The translations under genes and the position numbers were made by a program. Below are positions 9,712 through 20,059 of a stretch of DNA of 58,346 nt, in pieces. The DNA is taken from the NCBI GenBank assembly GCA_043803945.1, contig JAZDJN010000059.1:1-58346 (forward strand), given 5' to 3'. Below the pieces are notes generated by a model that was not told the origin of the DNA, did no database searches, and saw only the letters and a program-made list of their open reading frames with translations. Positions within the stretch are counted from its first letter, which is position 1; every line of letters starts with the position of its first letter. The stretch is from a bacterium (GTDB lineage: Bacteria > Bacteroidota > Ignavibacteria > UBA10030).

Positions 9712-12700
9712 ATGGGAGCACAGTTCGCCCGCCGAGCCATTACCCTGGCAATACTACTGGTTATCGCGCTCTTCCTGATGCAAGCAGAAGCGATTGCTGC
9801 ACCGGGGAACGTTACATTGAATGTCCCTTCAGGAGCAACGGCTCATTCCCTGTTGCTTAGCTGGACGCAGAGCGCCGATACGATCTTTAAAGAGTATCGG
9901 TTGTACAGGAGTCTGACGACGCCGGTCACACAAAGTTCGCAACTGATCGCATCAATTACTTCTAAGAGTACAATCAGCTATAAAGATTCTTTATTGAGAG
10001 CAGGCACAAAGTATTATTATAAAGTCTTTGTGGTGGATACTCTTGGGGGGATAAGCACCGGGAGCAACGAAGTGAATGGCACCACAGTGCCGAATACATT
10101 CCCCTTTGCTGATGATATGGAAGGCAATACCGAACTCAATTATACTGCCGAAGGATTGTGGGGGCTCACAACAACTGCTGCGAACTCTCCAGGCAAAAGC
10201 TGGACAGACTCTCCGGTTGGCAATTACGCGAATACTGTCGATGCTTCTCTCAATCTTCCGATCAATCTGTCGAATGCCACGATGCCGATACTGACATTTT
10301 GGACCCGCTTTGGCACAGAGCCGAACGGTGATTTTGGACGAGTCGAGGTAAGCATTGGCACCGGGTGGACTGTTGCGGGGTATTGGACAGGAAGTCAAAC
10401 GGCGTGGAAAAAAGTGACGTTGGATCTTACACAGTGGGCAGGCTCAAGCAATGTTACCGTACGCTTTCGGTTCACAACCAATGGCAATGCCACGGTAAGT
10501 GACGGCTGGTATATCGACGATGTAATGATTGCGGAAACGACAAATCCTACGTTGGGCTATCCCTTTTATGAAGCGTTTGATGATTCAACGTATATCACCA
10601 GATGGAACATGGCTCAGTGGCAAGTGGTCACCGATGGCAGAAGTGTGCCGGGGAGAGTTCATGATTCTCCGCAAGGAAATTATCTCCAGTCAGGGGGAAC
10701 AGGCGCTTCGGATGATCCAAATAGTTTTACAAGCCTTACCACCGCGGGTACTATTGACCTCATCTCAGCCATTGAACCTGTGTTGACGTTCTGGCAAAAG
10801 TACGATTTAAAGTATTACAATGGCAGCTACCACTACGAAACCGATGCTGGTCGTGTCTACATTTCGACCAACAATGGATTACCGGGAACATGGGTCCAAA
10901 TCTATTCTGTGTCGAACGCCGGACAAACCGCTAGCTGGCAGCGTGTTGAGGTCGATCTCTCACCGTACGTCGGAAACTCTTCGGTACGATTCCGTTTTGT
11001 TGTTGATGATCAGCGGGATCAAGATCCGAATACGTATGGTGATCAGTCAGAAAGTGGTGATGGTTGGTGGATCGATGACATTCGCATTGAAAATCGACCG
11101 GCGAAAGTTACGATGAATGCCCCTGCAAATGTTTCGATGCATGGTGTAACATTAAGCTGGACACAGAATACAGATACAGATTTTCAGCGGTATGAAATCT
11201 ATCGAAATACTTCAACCGCCATCGACCGCTCCAGCCAGCTCATTGCGACAATCACAGATAAAGCTACAACCTCATACTACGATGTATCTCAGGTTTTACA
11301 GCCGACAAACTACTCCTATCGCGTCTACGTTCTCGATACACTCGAGACCGTCAGTACAGGAAGTACTATCGTTACCGCATCCTATTCGGTTCCAACGGTA
11401 ACGTTTCCATTCGCTGATAGCGTCGATGTAGCTGCAGACACCACAAAATGGGCATGGAGCTCGCCATGGGGTCGCACCAACAGTAAATCGCATTCAGGTT
11501 CGTTCAGTTGGACAGACAGCCCGAATTCGAGTTATTCTCCCAACAGCAATACCGCACTCTCGACGAATATCAATCTTTCTTCAAGCACATCACCTGTGCT
11601 TACGTTCTGGCATCAGTACAGCCTGGAGACGAATGTCGATTATGGCTATGTCGAAATATCCACCAATGGAGGTTCTTCCTGGGCAGCGATACATACGGTG
11701 ACGGGTATCGATACTTCGTGGAAACAGGTGCGGATCGATTTATCCGCCTATATTGGCAGCACCATCGGCCTGCGATTCCGGCTTATGTCCAGTGCATCAA
11801 TGCACCTTGACGGCTGGTACATCGATGACATCGTGCTGAATGATGGGATACGAATTGTCGGCTATCCCTTCACAGAGGATTTTGAACAGGGATTCAACCG
11901 CTGGTTTGTTGAGAACCCATGGGGCCTTACACAGGATAATCCCCATGGCGGCAACAATGCAATGACAGACAGCCCCTCTGGAACCTATGCTGATAATTCA
12001 GACACCGAACTGCTGATGCATATCAATCTTGCCTTAGCGCAAATGCCTGTACTCAAGTTCTGGACACGCTTTAGTACCGAAGTGAATGTCGATTATGGAA
12101 GAGTAGAGGTGAACATCGGCTCGGGCTGGATTGTTGCGGGGTATTGGACTGGAACGCAATCGACATGGAAACAGATTTCTGTCGATCTCACGCCCTGGGC
12201 GGGATCCAGCGACGTTCAGATCCGGTGGCGTCTCACATCGAATGGATCCATGTTCAGCGATGGATGGTATATCGATGACATCTCCATAGCGGAATCCTCT
12301 ATGCCAACGATGAGTTATCCCTTCATTGAGAGTTTCGACGATTCGACGAGCCGGGGGCGATGGTATTTCTCTCAATGGGAAATTGTGACTGATGGGAGAA
12401 GTGTGCCAGGGCGGGTTCATGACTCGCCAATGGGGAACTATCTCCAATCTGGCGGGTCCGGAGCATCGGATGAACCGAATAGCTTTACATCGTTGACAAC
12501 TTCCGGTCTCATCGATCTCTCGACTGCTGTGGATCCCATTCTTTCCTTCTGGCAAAAGTACGATCTTAAGTACTACAATGGTAATTATCACTTCGAAACC
12601 GATGCTGGTCGTGTCTATATTTCCTCCAATCGGGGAGCACCCGGATCGTGGGCACAGCTTTACTCAGTGACAAACGCCGGTCAAACAGGTTCATGGCAGC

Positions 12701-15700
12701 GCGTTGATGTCGATCTCTCAGCGTATGTCGGACAATCGAATGTGCGGCTGCGATTTATCATGGATGATCAACGGGATCAGGATCCGAATACGTACGGTGA
12801 TCAATCAGAAAGTGGTGATGGTTGGTGGATCGACGATATTCGCATTGAAAATCGTCCGACGAAAATAACGCTCGCTCCGCCCTCCCATGTGTCGATGCAT
12901 GGGGCTAGCCTGAGTTGGAATAAGAATAATGACGGCGATTTCCGTCGGTATGAACTCTATCGGTATACAACAAATGCAGTCGATCGGTCGTCGCAACTGA
13001 TCGCGACAATTTCCAATGCAGAACAAATAACATTTACCGATACCTATTCGGCAATTCACCCAACGCACTATTTCTATCGAATCTATGTTCTTGACACTCT
13101 TGGTACAGTGAGCCTAGGAAGCAACGTTGTCGAAGCAACATATGCTATTCCCACAGTGACATTTCCGTTCGTCAATGATGTTGAGACTGCTGCTGACACG
13201 GTAAAGTGGGCATGGGGAGATCCCTGGGGAAGAACATCAGTTCGGGTTCACTCCGGAAGTTATAGCTGGACTGATAGTCCAAACTCCAACTATCCTCCAA
13301 ATGCAAATGCGGTGATGATGAACTTTGTCAGTCTCTCGGGCAGTACTTCTCCGGTGCTTACCTTCTGGCACTCTTATATGCTTGAGGAAGGGTATGACTA
13401 TGGCTATGTTGAAGTCAGCACCGACAATGGCTCGACGTGGCAGGCGATTCATGCCGTCACAGGTATCGATACAGCGTGGAATCAGGAGCGTATCGATCTG
13501 TCAGTCTATACCGGCAGCACAATTGGTTTTCGGTTTAGGTTAACATCGAATGCATCGAACCAGCTCGACGGATGGTACATCGATGATATTCGAATTGAAA
13601 ACGGTGCCCTCATCGCCGCTTACCCTTTTTCCGATAATGTCGAGAGCGGCAATCCTATTTGGTTTATGGATTCTCCATGGAGCATGACCAATATTGATGC
13701 CCATGGCGGACAAATGAGCTGGACTGATAGTCCGGCCGGCAGCTATACCAATAACACCGATAATAGCCTGAAACTTCACATTAATCTCTCACTGGCAAAA
13801 ATGCCCGTACTGACATTTTGGACACGCTATGCAACCGAAGTCAACGTCGATTATTGCCGTGTCGAAGTGAACTCCGGAACAGGATGGACAATTGCGGGGT
13901 ACTGGTCAGGATCGCAATCGACGTGGAGACAAATCCGTGTCGATTTATCTCAGTGGGCCGGCAGCAGCGATGTGCTTATCCGCTGGAGACTTACCTCGAA
14001 CTCCGGAGGTGTGAGTGATGGGTGGTATATCGACGACATTGAAATCAAAGAGACCACGATTCCAAAACTTGTCTATCCTTTCCTCGATTCCTTCGATGAT
14101 TCGACCACCTACTCGAAGTGGAATACTTCTCAATGGGATATCGTCACGGGAGGCAGAAGTCCGCAGGGAACAATTCACGACTCTCCTACGGGGAATTATC
14201 TCCAATCGGGAGGCACCGGAGCTTCTGATAATCCAAACAGCTTTGCTGCTCTCGTGAGCGCGAATGTGATCGATTTAAGCAGGGCAGTAAACCCCATACT
14301 CACGTTCTGGCAAAAATACGATTTGAAATTTTACAACGGAAACTATCATTTTGAAGCAGATTATGGGCGTGTCTATGTCTCTGCAAATTATGGCTTGCCC
14401 GGTACCTGGACACAACTTTACTCGGTAACGAATGCAGGACAAACATCTACCTGGCAGCAAGTCTCCATCAGTCTTTCGGTGTACGCCGGCCTGCCGAATG
14501 TCCGTTTAATGTTTGTTGTCGACGATCAACGAGATCAAGACCCGAATACCTATGGCGATCAGTCTGAAAGCGGCGGTGGGTGGTGGATCGATGACCTTCG
14601 TATTGGCGAAAATATCAGCGCAACAGCGGTCGTCGACTCCGCAATCGTCGAGAGCCCGGCTCAAACGACATCGACACCCGCTCAGCCGATAGAACGAATC
14701 TATGGCTTGGTGTACGAGCCAGCGAAAACAACGGTTGCAGGTCAGGGGGCTGGAATCCTTGCGCAACTGGGCCTTGGTCCCCATGGAAGCTATCCCAACG
14801 ATACAACATGGAGCTGGATTAATGCAACATATCTGAACGATGCCGGCGGCTCCGATCGATACTTTGGTTCGCTCACCGCTCCATCGATTGGTACATACAG
14901 CTACACGTTCCGCTTCTCTGCCGATGGAGGCACAACGTGGATCTATGCAGATCTCAATGGCAATTACGAAGGCACAAATAGCTCTAATGGATTCTCCCCT
15001 GAAAAAACCGGAACGCTGGTTGTATCGAACCGCCCGGATATGCAGCTCTCATTAGATTCGATTCTGGTGTACTTGCCTGTCGGTTCCCTCCAGAATTGGA
15101 GCTTTTATCTCGGCAATGGCGGTGCCGATGCTCAGGGTCCGTTAGGATTCAACATACTCGAAAGTACCGATGGGACTAATCCAGCAGAGATTATCTGGTA
15201 TGGAATTAACATTAGAAGCGGTTCTATCCTGCCGAAGAATCGTTCCGTTATCATGTTGACCTTTGATGCGACAGGATTAAAAACAGACACAACATATCGC
15301 GCCTACCTGGTGATCAACAGCAACGATCCCAACCGAAGTAAAGTCTCTGTTCCCGTTATCCTTCGCACAGTTGCATCGAGCACAACATTGCTTCGGGGTG
15401 TTGTGACAGATCTACAAGACCAAAGAATTTCAAACTTTGCCCGGGTGGAAGTGTTCCAGAATGGCTCGCTCGTTACCAGCGTGACCTCTGACGCAAACGG
15501 GAACTTTATTATCTATGGTTTATCCAACGGCATCTATGATTTGCGTGTTGTTTCAGAAGCCTTTTTCCCGAAATTGTTACCTTCCATCAGTGTGCCAATC
15601 AGTCCTGTAACGATTCGTCTCAGCAATATTCCGAAGCACTTTCCGACGAACAAGAGCATCAATGCATACAGTACGTCTGCCATGTTTGGAGGTAGCGGAG

Positions 15701-17154
15701 TTCGACCGGGAGATGTAATTACAGTCGCAGATCCAAGCGGAGTGTTCTGTGGCGTATTTATGGTGCACACTGCAGGACAATATGGTTTCATGCATGTTTA
15801 TGGAGACGACGCTACAACACCGACAGTTGACGAAGGCGCGGTTGCGGGCGACACGCTGAAGTTCTTCATCAACGAATATCCGGCACAGACTCTTGGACCC
15901 GATGCGCCAAGATGGATGAGTGAAAACGCGGTCATCCAGGTTGCCCTTGCTGCACAGAACCTCGATATCATTCCCCTCGTATTGAACTGGAATCTCATCT
16001 CCTTTACATCGGTGCCGCCGAATGATTCCATTAAGGCTGTTCTCAACTCTATCGATGGGAAGTATTCACTCGTGAGCAGTTTTGATCTTTCGTGGGGAGG
16101 TGCGCGGACGTATGATCCTGCCCTGCCACAATTCAGTGATCTCTCCAAAATGGATGCACAGAATGGCTATTGGATCAAGCTGACTCAGGCAGATACATTA
16201 CGCATTCCGGGTGAGCGAATAAACACCGATCTACCGCTGGCACTGGAACAGGGGTGGAACCTTATCCCCTACGTACCAGAGATTGCGCTCCCTGTTGCCA
16301 CTGCACTCTCAAGTATCGCCGGCAAATACAGCATTGTCAGCGGATTTGAGAACGGAGCAAAAACATTTGTTCCCGGAAGCCCATTCAACGATCTTGCAGC
16401 AATGAAAAACGGCCTGGGCTATTGGGTGAAAACCAGCCAGCCGGTAGTAATGAATTATGCGGGGGGAACGATGGGTGCTCAGAAAATGGATGAACTCCTT
16501 CTTACTACATCGCTCGTCTCCAATCCTGTGCAGGCCACTCCGCTGTGGACGGACTACTACGGCTCGTTCACCATTGGCGGAAAACCTGTTCCACGAGGCG
16601 AAACGGTCGAAGCGTTTGATAACAACGGCATCAAGTGCGGAGAAGTTGTTGTTAAGACCGATGGGATCTATGGCTTCCTCCATGTCTATGGCGATGATCC
16701 GAACACACCGGGTATCGACGAAGGGGCGAGACCGGGCGATGTGATAACCTTGAAATATCGCAGCCAGATTATTGCACAGATGGAGTTGAAAGAATTACGA
16801 TGGAATGGCGATCACACCTCACGCCGATTCGATGTCTCCATCGCTCAACTCGGTGAGAGTAATAGCCTTCTCCCGACGACGTATGACTTATTACAGAACT
16901 ATCCGAACCCCTTCAATCCGACGACGCGCATCCGATATCAAATGCCGGAGGATGGTATCGTCACGGTGAAGATCTTCGATGTGCTTGGACGTGAGGTCCG
17001 CTCATTGGTGAATGAGCAGCAGAAGGCGGGCTTCTATTCACTGGAATGGGATGGGAAGAACAGCTATGGCTTAGATGTCTCCGCCGGCACCTACTTCTGC
17101 CGGATGCAGTCAGGACAATTCTCTAAATCGATGAAAATGGTCTTCGTAAAGTAA
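9712..17154 (+). CDS. Giant T9SS-secreted protein (~2480 aa): tandem FN3 plus MAM/jelly-roll-like repeats, carboxypeptidase-regulatory-like domain, FlgD-Ig/type-A CTD
   Basis: ORF 9661-17154; start moved to ATG 9712 (GGAGGG RBS, then signal peptide). Repeated WTDSP..Y..N / RFRL.S....DGWYIDD units; CTD QNYPNPFNP..WDGKN..SAGTYFC. Confidence 0.9.
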   Translation: MGAQFARRAITLAILLVIALFLMQAEAIAAPGNVTLNVPSGATAHSLLLSWTQSADTIFKEYRLYRSLTTPVTQSSQLIASITSKSTISYKDSLLRAGTKYYYKVFVVDTLGGISTGSNEVNGTTVPNTFPFADDMEGNTELNYTAEGLWGLTTTAANSPGKSWTDSPVGNYANTVDASLNLPINLSNATMPILTFWTRFGTEPNGDFGRVEVSIGTGWTVAGYWTGSQTAWKKVTLDLTQWAGSSNVTVRFRFTTNGNATVSDGWYIDDVMIAETTNPTLGYPFYEAFDDSTYITRWNMAQWQVVTDGRSVPGRVHDSPQGNYLQSGGTGASDDPNSFTSLTTAGTIDLISAIEPVLTFWQKYDLKYYNGSYHYETDAGRVYISTNNGLPGTWVQIYSVSNAGQTASWQRVEVDLSPYVGNSSVRFRFVVDDQRDQDPNTYGDQSESGDGWWIDDIRIENRPAKVTMNAPANVSMHGVTLSWTQNTDTDFQRYEIYRNTSTAIDRSSQLIATITDKATTSYYDVSQVLQPTNYSYRVYVLDTLETVSTGSTIVTASYSVPTVTFPFADSVDVAADTTKWAWSSPWGRTNSKSHSGSFSWTDSPNSSYSPNSNTALSTNINLSSSTSPVLTFWHQYSLETNVDYGYVEISTNGGSSWAAIHTVTGIDTSWKQVRIDLSAYIGSTIGLRFRLMSSASMHLDGWYIDDIVLNDGIRIVGYPFTEDFEQGFNRWFVENPWGLTQDNPHGGNNAMTDSPSGTYADNSDTELLMHINLALAQMPVLKFWTRFSTEVNVDYGRVEVNIGSGWIVAGYWTGTQSTWKQISVDLTPWAGSSDVQIRWRLTSNGSMFSDGWYIDDISIAESSMPTMSYPFIESFDDSTSRGRWYFSQWEIVTDGRSVPGRVHDSPMGNYLQSGGSGASDEPNSFTSLTTSGLIDLSTAVDPILSFWQKYDLKYYNGNYHFETDAGRVYISSNRGAPGSWAQLYSVTNAGQTGSWQRVDVDLSAYVGQSNVRLRFIMDDQRDQDPNTYGDQSESGDGWWIDDIRIENRPTKITLAPPSHVSMHGASLSWNKNNDGDFRRYELYRYTTNAVDRSSQLIATISNAEQITFTDTYSAIHPTHYFYRIYVLDTLGTVSLGSNVVEATYAIPTVTFPFVNDVETAADTVKWAWGDPWGRTSVRVHSGSYSWTDSPNSNYPPNANAVMMNFVSLSGSTSPVLTFWHSYMLEEGYDYGYVEVSTDNGSTWQAIHAVTGIDTAWNQERIDLSVYTGSTIGFRFRLTSNASNQLDGWYIDDIRIENGALIAAYPFSDNVESGNPIWFMDSPWSMTNIDAHGGQMSWTDSPAGSYTNNTDNSLKLHINLSLAKMPVLTFWTRYATEVNVDYCRVEVNSGTGWTIAGYWSGSQSTWRQIRVDLSQWAGSSDVLIRWRLTSNSGGVSDGWYIDDIEIKETTIPKLVYPFLDSFDDSTTYSKWNTSQWDIVTGGRSPQGTIHDSPTGNYLQSGGTGASDNPNSFAALVSANVIDLSRAVNPILTFWQKYDLKFYNGNYHFEADYGRVYVSANYGLPGTWTQLYSVTNAGQTSTWQQVSISLSVYAGLPNVRLMFVVDDQRDQDPNTYGDQSESGGGWWIDDLRIGENISATAVVDSAIVESPAQTTSTPAQPIERIYGLVYEPAKTTVAGQGAGILAQLGLGPHGSYPNDTTWSWINATYLNDAGGSDRYFGSLTAPSIGTYSYTFRFSADGGTTWIYADLNGNYEGTNSSNGFSPEKTGTLVVSNRPDMQLSLDSILVYLPVGSLQNWSFYLGNGGADAQGPLGFNILESTDGTNPAEIIWYGINIRSGSILPKNRSVIMLTFDATGLKTDTTYRAYLVINSNDPNRSKVSVPVILRTVASSTTLLRGVVTDLQDQRISNFARVEVFQNGSLVTSVTSDANGNFIIYGLSNGIYDLRVVSEAFFPKLLPSISVPISPVTIRLSNIPKHFPTNKSINAYSTSAMFGGSGVRPGDVITVADPSGVFCGVFMVHTAGQYGFMHVYGDDATTPTVDEGAVAGDTLKFFINEYPAQTLGPDAPRWMSENAVIQVALAAQNLDIIPLVLNWNLISFTSVPPNDSIKAVLNSIDGKYSLVSSFDLSWGGARTYDPALPQFSDLSKMDAQNGYWIKLTQADTLRIPGERINTDLPLALEQGWNLIPYVPEIALPVATALSSIAGKYSIVSGFENGAKTFVPGSPFNDLAAMKNGLGYWVKTSQPVVMNYAGGTMGAQKMDELLLTTSLVSNPVQATPLWTDYYGSFTIGGKPVPRGETVEAFDNNGIKCGEVVVKTDGIYGFLHVYGDDPNTPGIDEGARPGDVITLKYRSQIIAQMELKELRWNGDHTSRRFDVSIAQLGESNSLLPTTYDLLQNYPNPFNPTTRIRYQMPEDGIVTVKIFDVLGREVRSLVNEQQKAGFYSLEWDGKNSYGLDVSAGTYFCRMQSGQFSKSMKMVFVK

Positions 17155-17209
17155 CAGAAGACCGATGGGTGAGCAGGCACAACGATGAACCCAGACTCTA
17201 TCATGAGGA

Positions 17210-18808
17210 ATGAGGAGAATTGACTTGAAAAAACGATGGAAAATAGTATTGCTGCTGATGGGAGGAGTGGTCAGCTTGTTGCAGGGACAAGTTGTACCGA
17301 CCACAACATGGACAGACTTCTACAGCAGCAACACAACGCTGAATGGCTCACCAATACAGGTTGGGGCAGTGATAGAAGCCTTCGATGCGCAGGGAGTATT
17401 GTGCGGCCAATTTACTGTGACAACAGCGGGGATGTATGGATACCTCCATGTGTATGGTGATGATCCAACCACGACAGGTGTGGACGAAGGAGCAAGCCCG
17501 GGAGATACGATTCGCTTTAAGATCAATGGAACGCCGGCAACATCAACGGTGGCAGCAATCTGGGTTGCCGGCAATCCCGGAGCAATCCTGCAGATCGATC
17601 TCACAGCGATATCGGAGATCCGTCACAGCATTGTGCTGCCGCAAGGCTGGAATATGGTGTCGAGCTTTGTGACACCGAAGTACTCACATCTTGACAGCGT
17701 ATTTTCGAAACTGAAGACGAGGATGGTGATCGCCAAGAATGGAGCAGGTCAGATCTATTGGCCGGGCTTTAGTATAAACACGATTGTAAACTGGAACATT
17801 CGTCACGGTTATCAGATCTATATGCTGATGGGAGATACGCTGCATATAAGTGGAAGTGATGTTGATCCTCAGCAGAATTCATTCTCGCTTCCTCAAGGGT
17901 GGAATATGATCTCGTATCTCCGAAACAGTCCAAAGCGAGCCGATTCGGCACTTGCAACCCTAACAGGGAGTCTGGTGATAGCGAAGAATGGAGCGGGACA
18001 GATCTATTGGCCTTCCTTTAATATCAACACCATGGGGAATATGAAGCCGGGACAGGGATACCAGATGTATCTTTCGAGTTCTGCGACATTGACATATCCG
18101 GCGAATACGAGTCCTGCACCTCCAACGATACTTACGAAGAGAATGATGGCGGAGGATGCATCAGCGAATCCTCAACCTACAATTTATAGAACAGAGAACA
18201 CCAAGACTGGTTCCAATGCAACGCTATTGATAGTTGGGAATGGGATTAAGGATGGAGAAGAGGTTGGAGTCTGGACGCAGGAGAAGAAGCTTGTGGGGAG
18301 CGGCGTTGTAACGAACGGAATAGCATTGGTAACGATTTGGGGAGATGATGAAATGACAGAAGGGATGAATGAGGGAGCGGGTGAGGGGGAGAAGTTAACG
18401 ATGAGTGTGTGGTCGGGGAAAGAACGGGAGTTGAAGATTGGCAGTCTTACCAACGGCCTAACGAACCTTATAGAAGGAAAGGAATTACGATATAAAAAGG
18501 ATGGTGTCTGGATAGCACGGGTTGATGAAGTGGAGGAGACAGTGCCGGAGAGGTTTGTGCTCGAACAAAACTATCCGAATCCGTTCAATCCATCGTCAAC
18601 GATTCAGTATCAGCTTCCCGTGTCTGCTCACGTCTGGCTGAAAATCTTCAACACGCTCGGGCAGGAAGTTGCAATGATCGTTGACGAAGTAAAAGAGCCA
18701 GGTCGATATCAGGTCCATTGGTCAGCGAACATACCCAGTGGACTTTATTTTTATCAACTGAAGGCTGGCAGCTATATTGAGACCAGAAAGATGATTGTCT
18801 TGCGTTGA
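17210..18808 (+). CDS. T9SS-secreted protein (532 aa) made only of the modules shared with its giant neighbours
   Basis: Signal peptide; YGDDPTT.GVDEGA module; two LPQGWNM(V/I)S repeats; type-A CTD. Confidence 0.88.
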   Translation: MRRIDLKKRWKIVLLLMGGVVSLLQGQVVPTTTWTDFYSSNTTLNGSPIQVGAVIEAFDAQGVLCGQFTVTTAGMYGYLHVYGDDPTTTGVDEGASPGDTIRFKINGTPATSTVAAIWVAGNPGAILQIDLTAISEIRHSIVLPQGWNMVSSFVTPKYSHLDSVFSKLKTRMVIAKNGAGQIYWPGFSINTIVNWNIRHGYQIYMLMGDTLHISGSDVDPQQNSFSLPQGWNMISYLRNSPKRADSALATLTGSLVIAKNGAGQIYWPSFNINTMGNMKPGQGYQMYLSSSATLTYPANTSPAPPTILTKRMMAEDASANPQPTIYRTENTKTGSNATLLIVGNGIKDGEEVGVWTQEKKLVGSGVVTNGIALVTIWGDDEMTEGMNEGAGEGEKLTMSVWSGKERELKIGSLTNGLTNLIEGKELRYKKDGVWIARVDEVEETVPERFVLEQNYPNPFNPSSTIQYQLPVSAHVWLKIFNTLGQEVAMIVDEVKEPGRYQVHWSANIPSGLYFYQLKAGSYIETRKMIVLR

Positions 18809-19163
18809 TCATTGGTATCCACGATGCCTCGTGTAATACGGTAAGAATATCTTTTTGACACGCCCATGTTTTGCATAGGAACCCTAGCTTACCAGGCAAT
18901 GCATTGGAGCAGTATGACCAATCGCCATCATTCTGTCCCAGAACATCGCCATTGCTTCATTGGTTTACGAAATGGGATTTTATCATTCGGAACGGAGAAG
19001 TACTTGCCTTTGATTGCAGAGTATGTTAGGTTTAAGACGAACAAGGATGAATCGTTGATTAGAGAGCAGCATAGATTAGGATAGAGTGTTCCCTGGGGAA
19101 TCACGATTGATATCGTCACGTTAGCATTATCGGAAAATCATCTATTAATCGAGGAGCGAAGGC

Positions 19164-19598
19164 ATGACAACTGTCCGACATCTCTTACAAAATAAAGCGG
19201 AAGGACTCTGGACAATTTCACCGGGTGCGATGGTTATCGATGGCCTTAAATTGATGGCCGAGAAAAATATCGGTGCCTTGATTGTAGTGGAAGGAGAACA
19301 ATTAGCAGGCATATTTTCTGAGCGTGATTATGCCAGAAAGATTATTCTCAAGGGAAGATTTTCTCATGATACAACCGTAAAAGATATTATGACCTCCGAT
19401 GTTGTTTCTGTTAAGCTGGATCAATCGATTGAAGAATGTATGATGCTCCTGAGCAATTATCGGATTCGCCATCTCCCTGTCGTTGAGAATGAGAAACTTA
19501 TCGGTATAATCTCCATTGGCGATGTTGTGAAAGCTCTTCTAACGGACAAAGAATCGACAATCAAGCATCTCGAAAATTATATCACAGGTGCCCGTTAG
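19164..19598 (+). CDS. CBS-pair domain protein
   Basis: NIGALIVV..GIFSERDY..VKDIMT..IRHLPVV..GIISIGDVVK; GAGGAG RBS. Confidence 0.93.
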   Translation: MTTVRHLLQNKAEGLWTISPGAMVIDGLKLMAEKNIGALIVVEGEQLAGIFSERDYARKIILKGRFSHDTTVKDIMTSDVVSVKLDQSIEECMMLLSNYRIRHLPVVENEKLIGIISIGDVVKALLTDKESTIKHLENYITGAR

Positions 19599-19642
19599 GA
19601 ACAGTTGAGCCTGTGACGTGGTAACATAAAAGAATGGTGAAG

Positions 19643-19687
19643 TACCCTGGATGAAAATGTGTTAGTCATGCAGGGTATTATTTTTTG
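19643..19687 (+). terminator. Intrinsic terminator after the CBS gene
   Basis: TACCCTGGATGA..TCATGCAGGGTA stem followed by TTATTTTTT. Confidence 0.55.
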
Positions 19688-19771
19688 GCTCCTGAGCTGA
19701 GTCGATCAATATTTCTGGTATCATTCATAGCATCTTGGAATCACTTCCTTATGGAATGGCAGTATAGACCA

Positions 19772-19861
19772 GTGTTCCTCGAATGGTTCTATCGAGGATC
19801 TGTCATGCGGAATATCTCAATACCTTGTGATAGATTCCAAACAGAGTCACTTTGGAATCAC
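19772..19861. repeat. Paired-palindrome (REPIN-like) intergenic repeat
   Basis: GTGTTCCTCGA..TCGAGGATC hairpin, spacer, then GATTCCAAA..TTTGGAATCAC hairpin. Confidence 0.45.
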
Positions 19862-20059
19862 TGTTCTTTCCTATTTAGGGAGAGATTTATCTAATTCCCC
19901 TCTTATAAATCCAAACTCTTCATTATCCAGATAATTCTCACATTCTAGAAAAGTCGTTCTTCTCCGAATTTGCCAATAAATGAGGCCTCCTTTTCACCTT
20001 GCTTTTTCTTGTGGAATTCACCTTTTTTACCTTATCACATCTGAAACGTATCAATACTA

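Noticed and set aside
11005-14600. Regularly spaced direct repeats as a possible CRISPR array
   Set aside because: 1758-bp period, in frame within a gene, with synonymous differences; no cas genes
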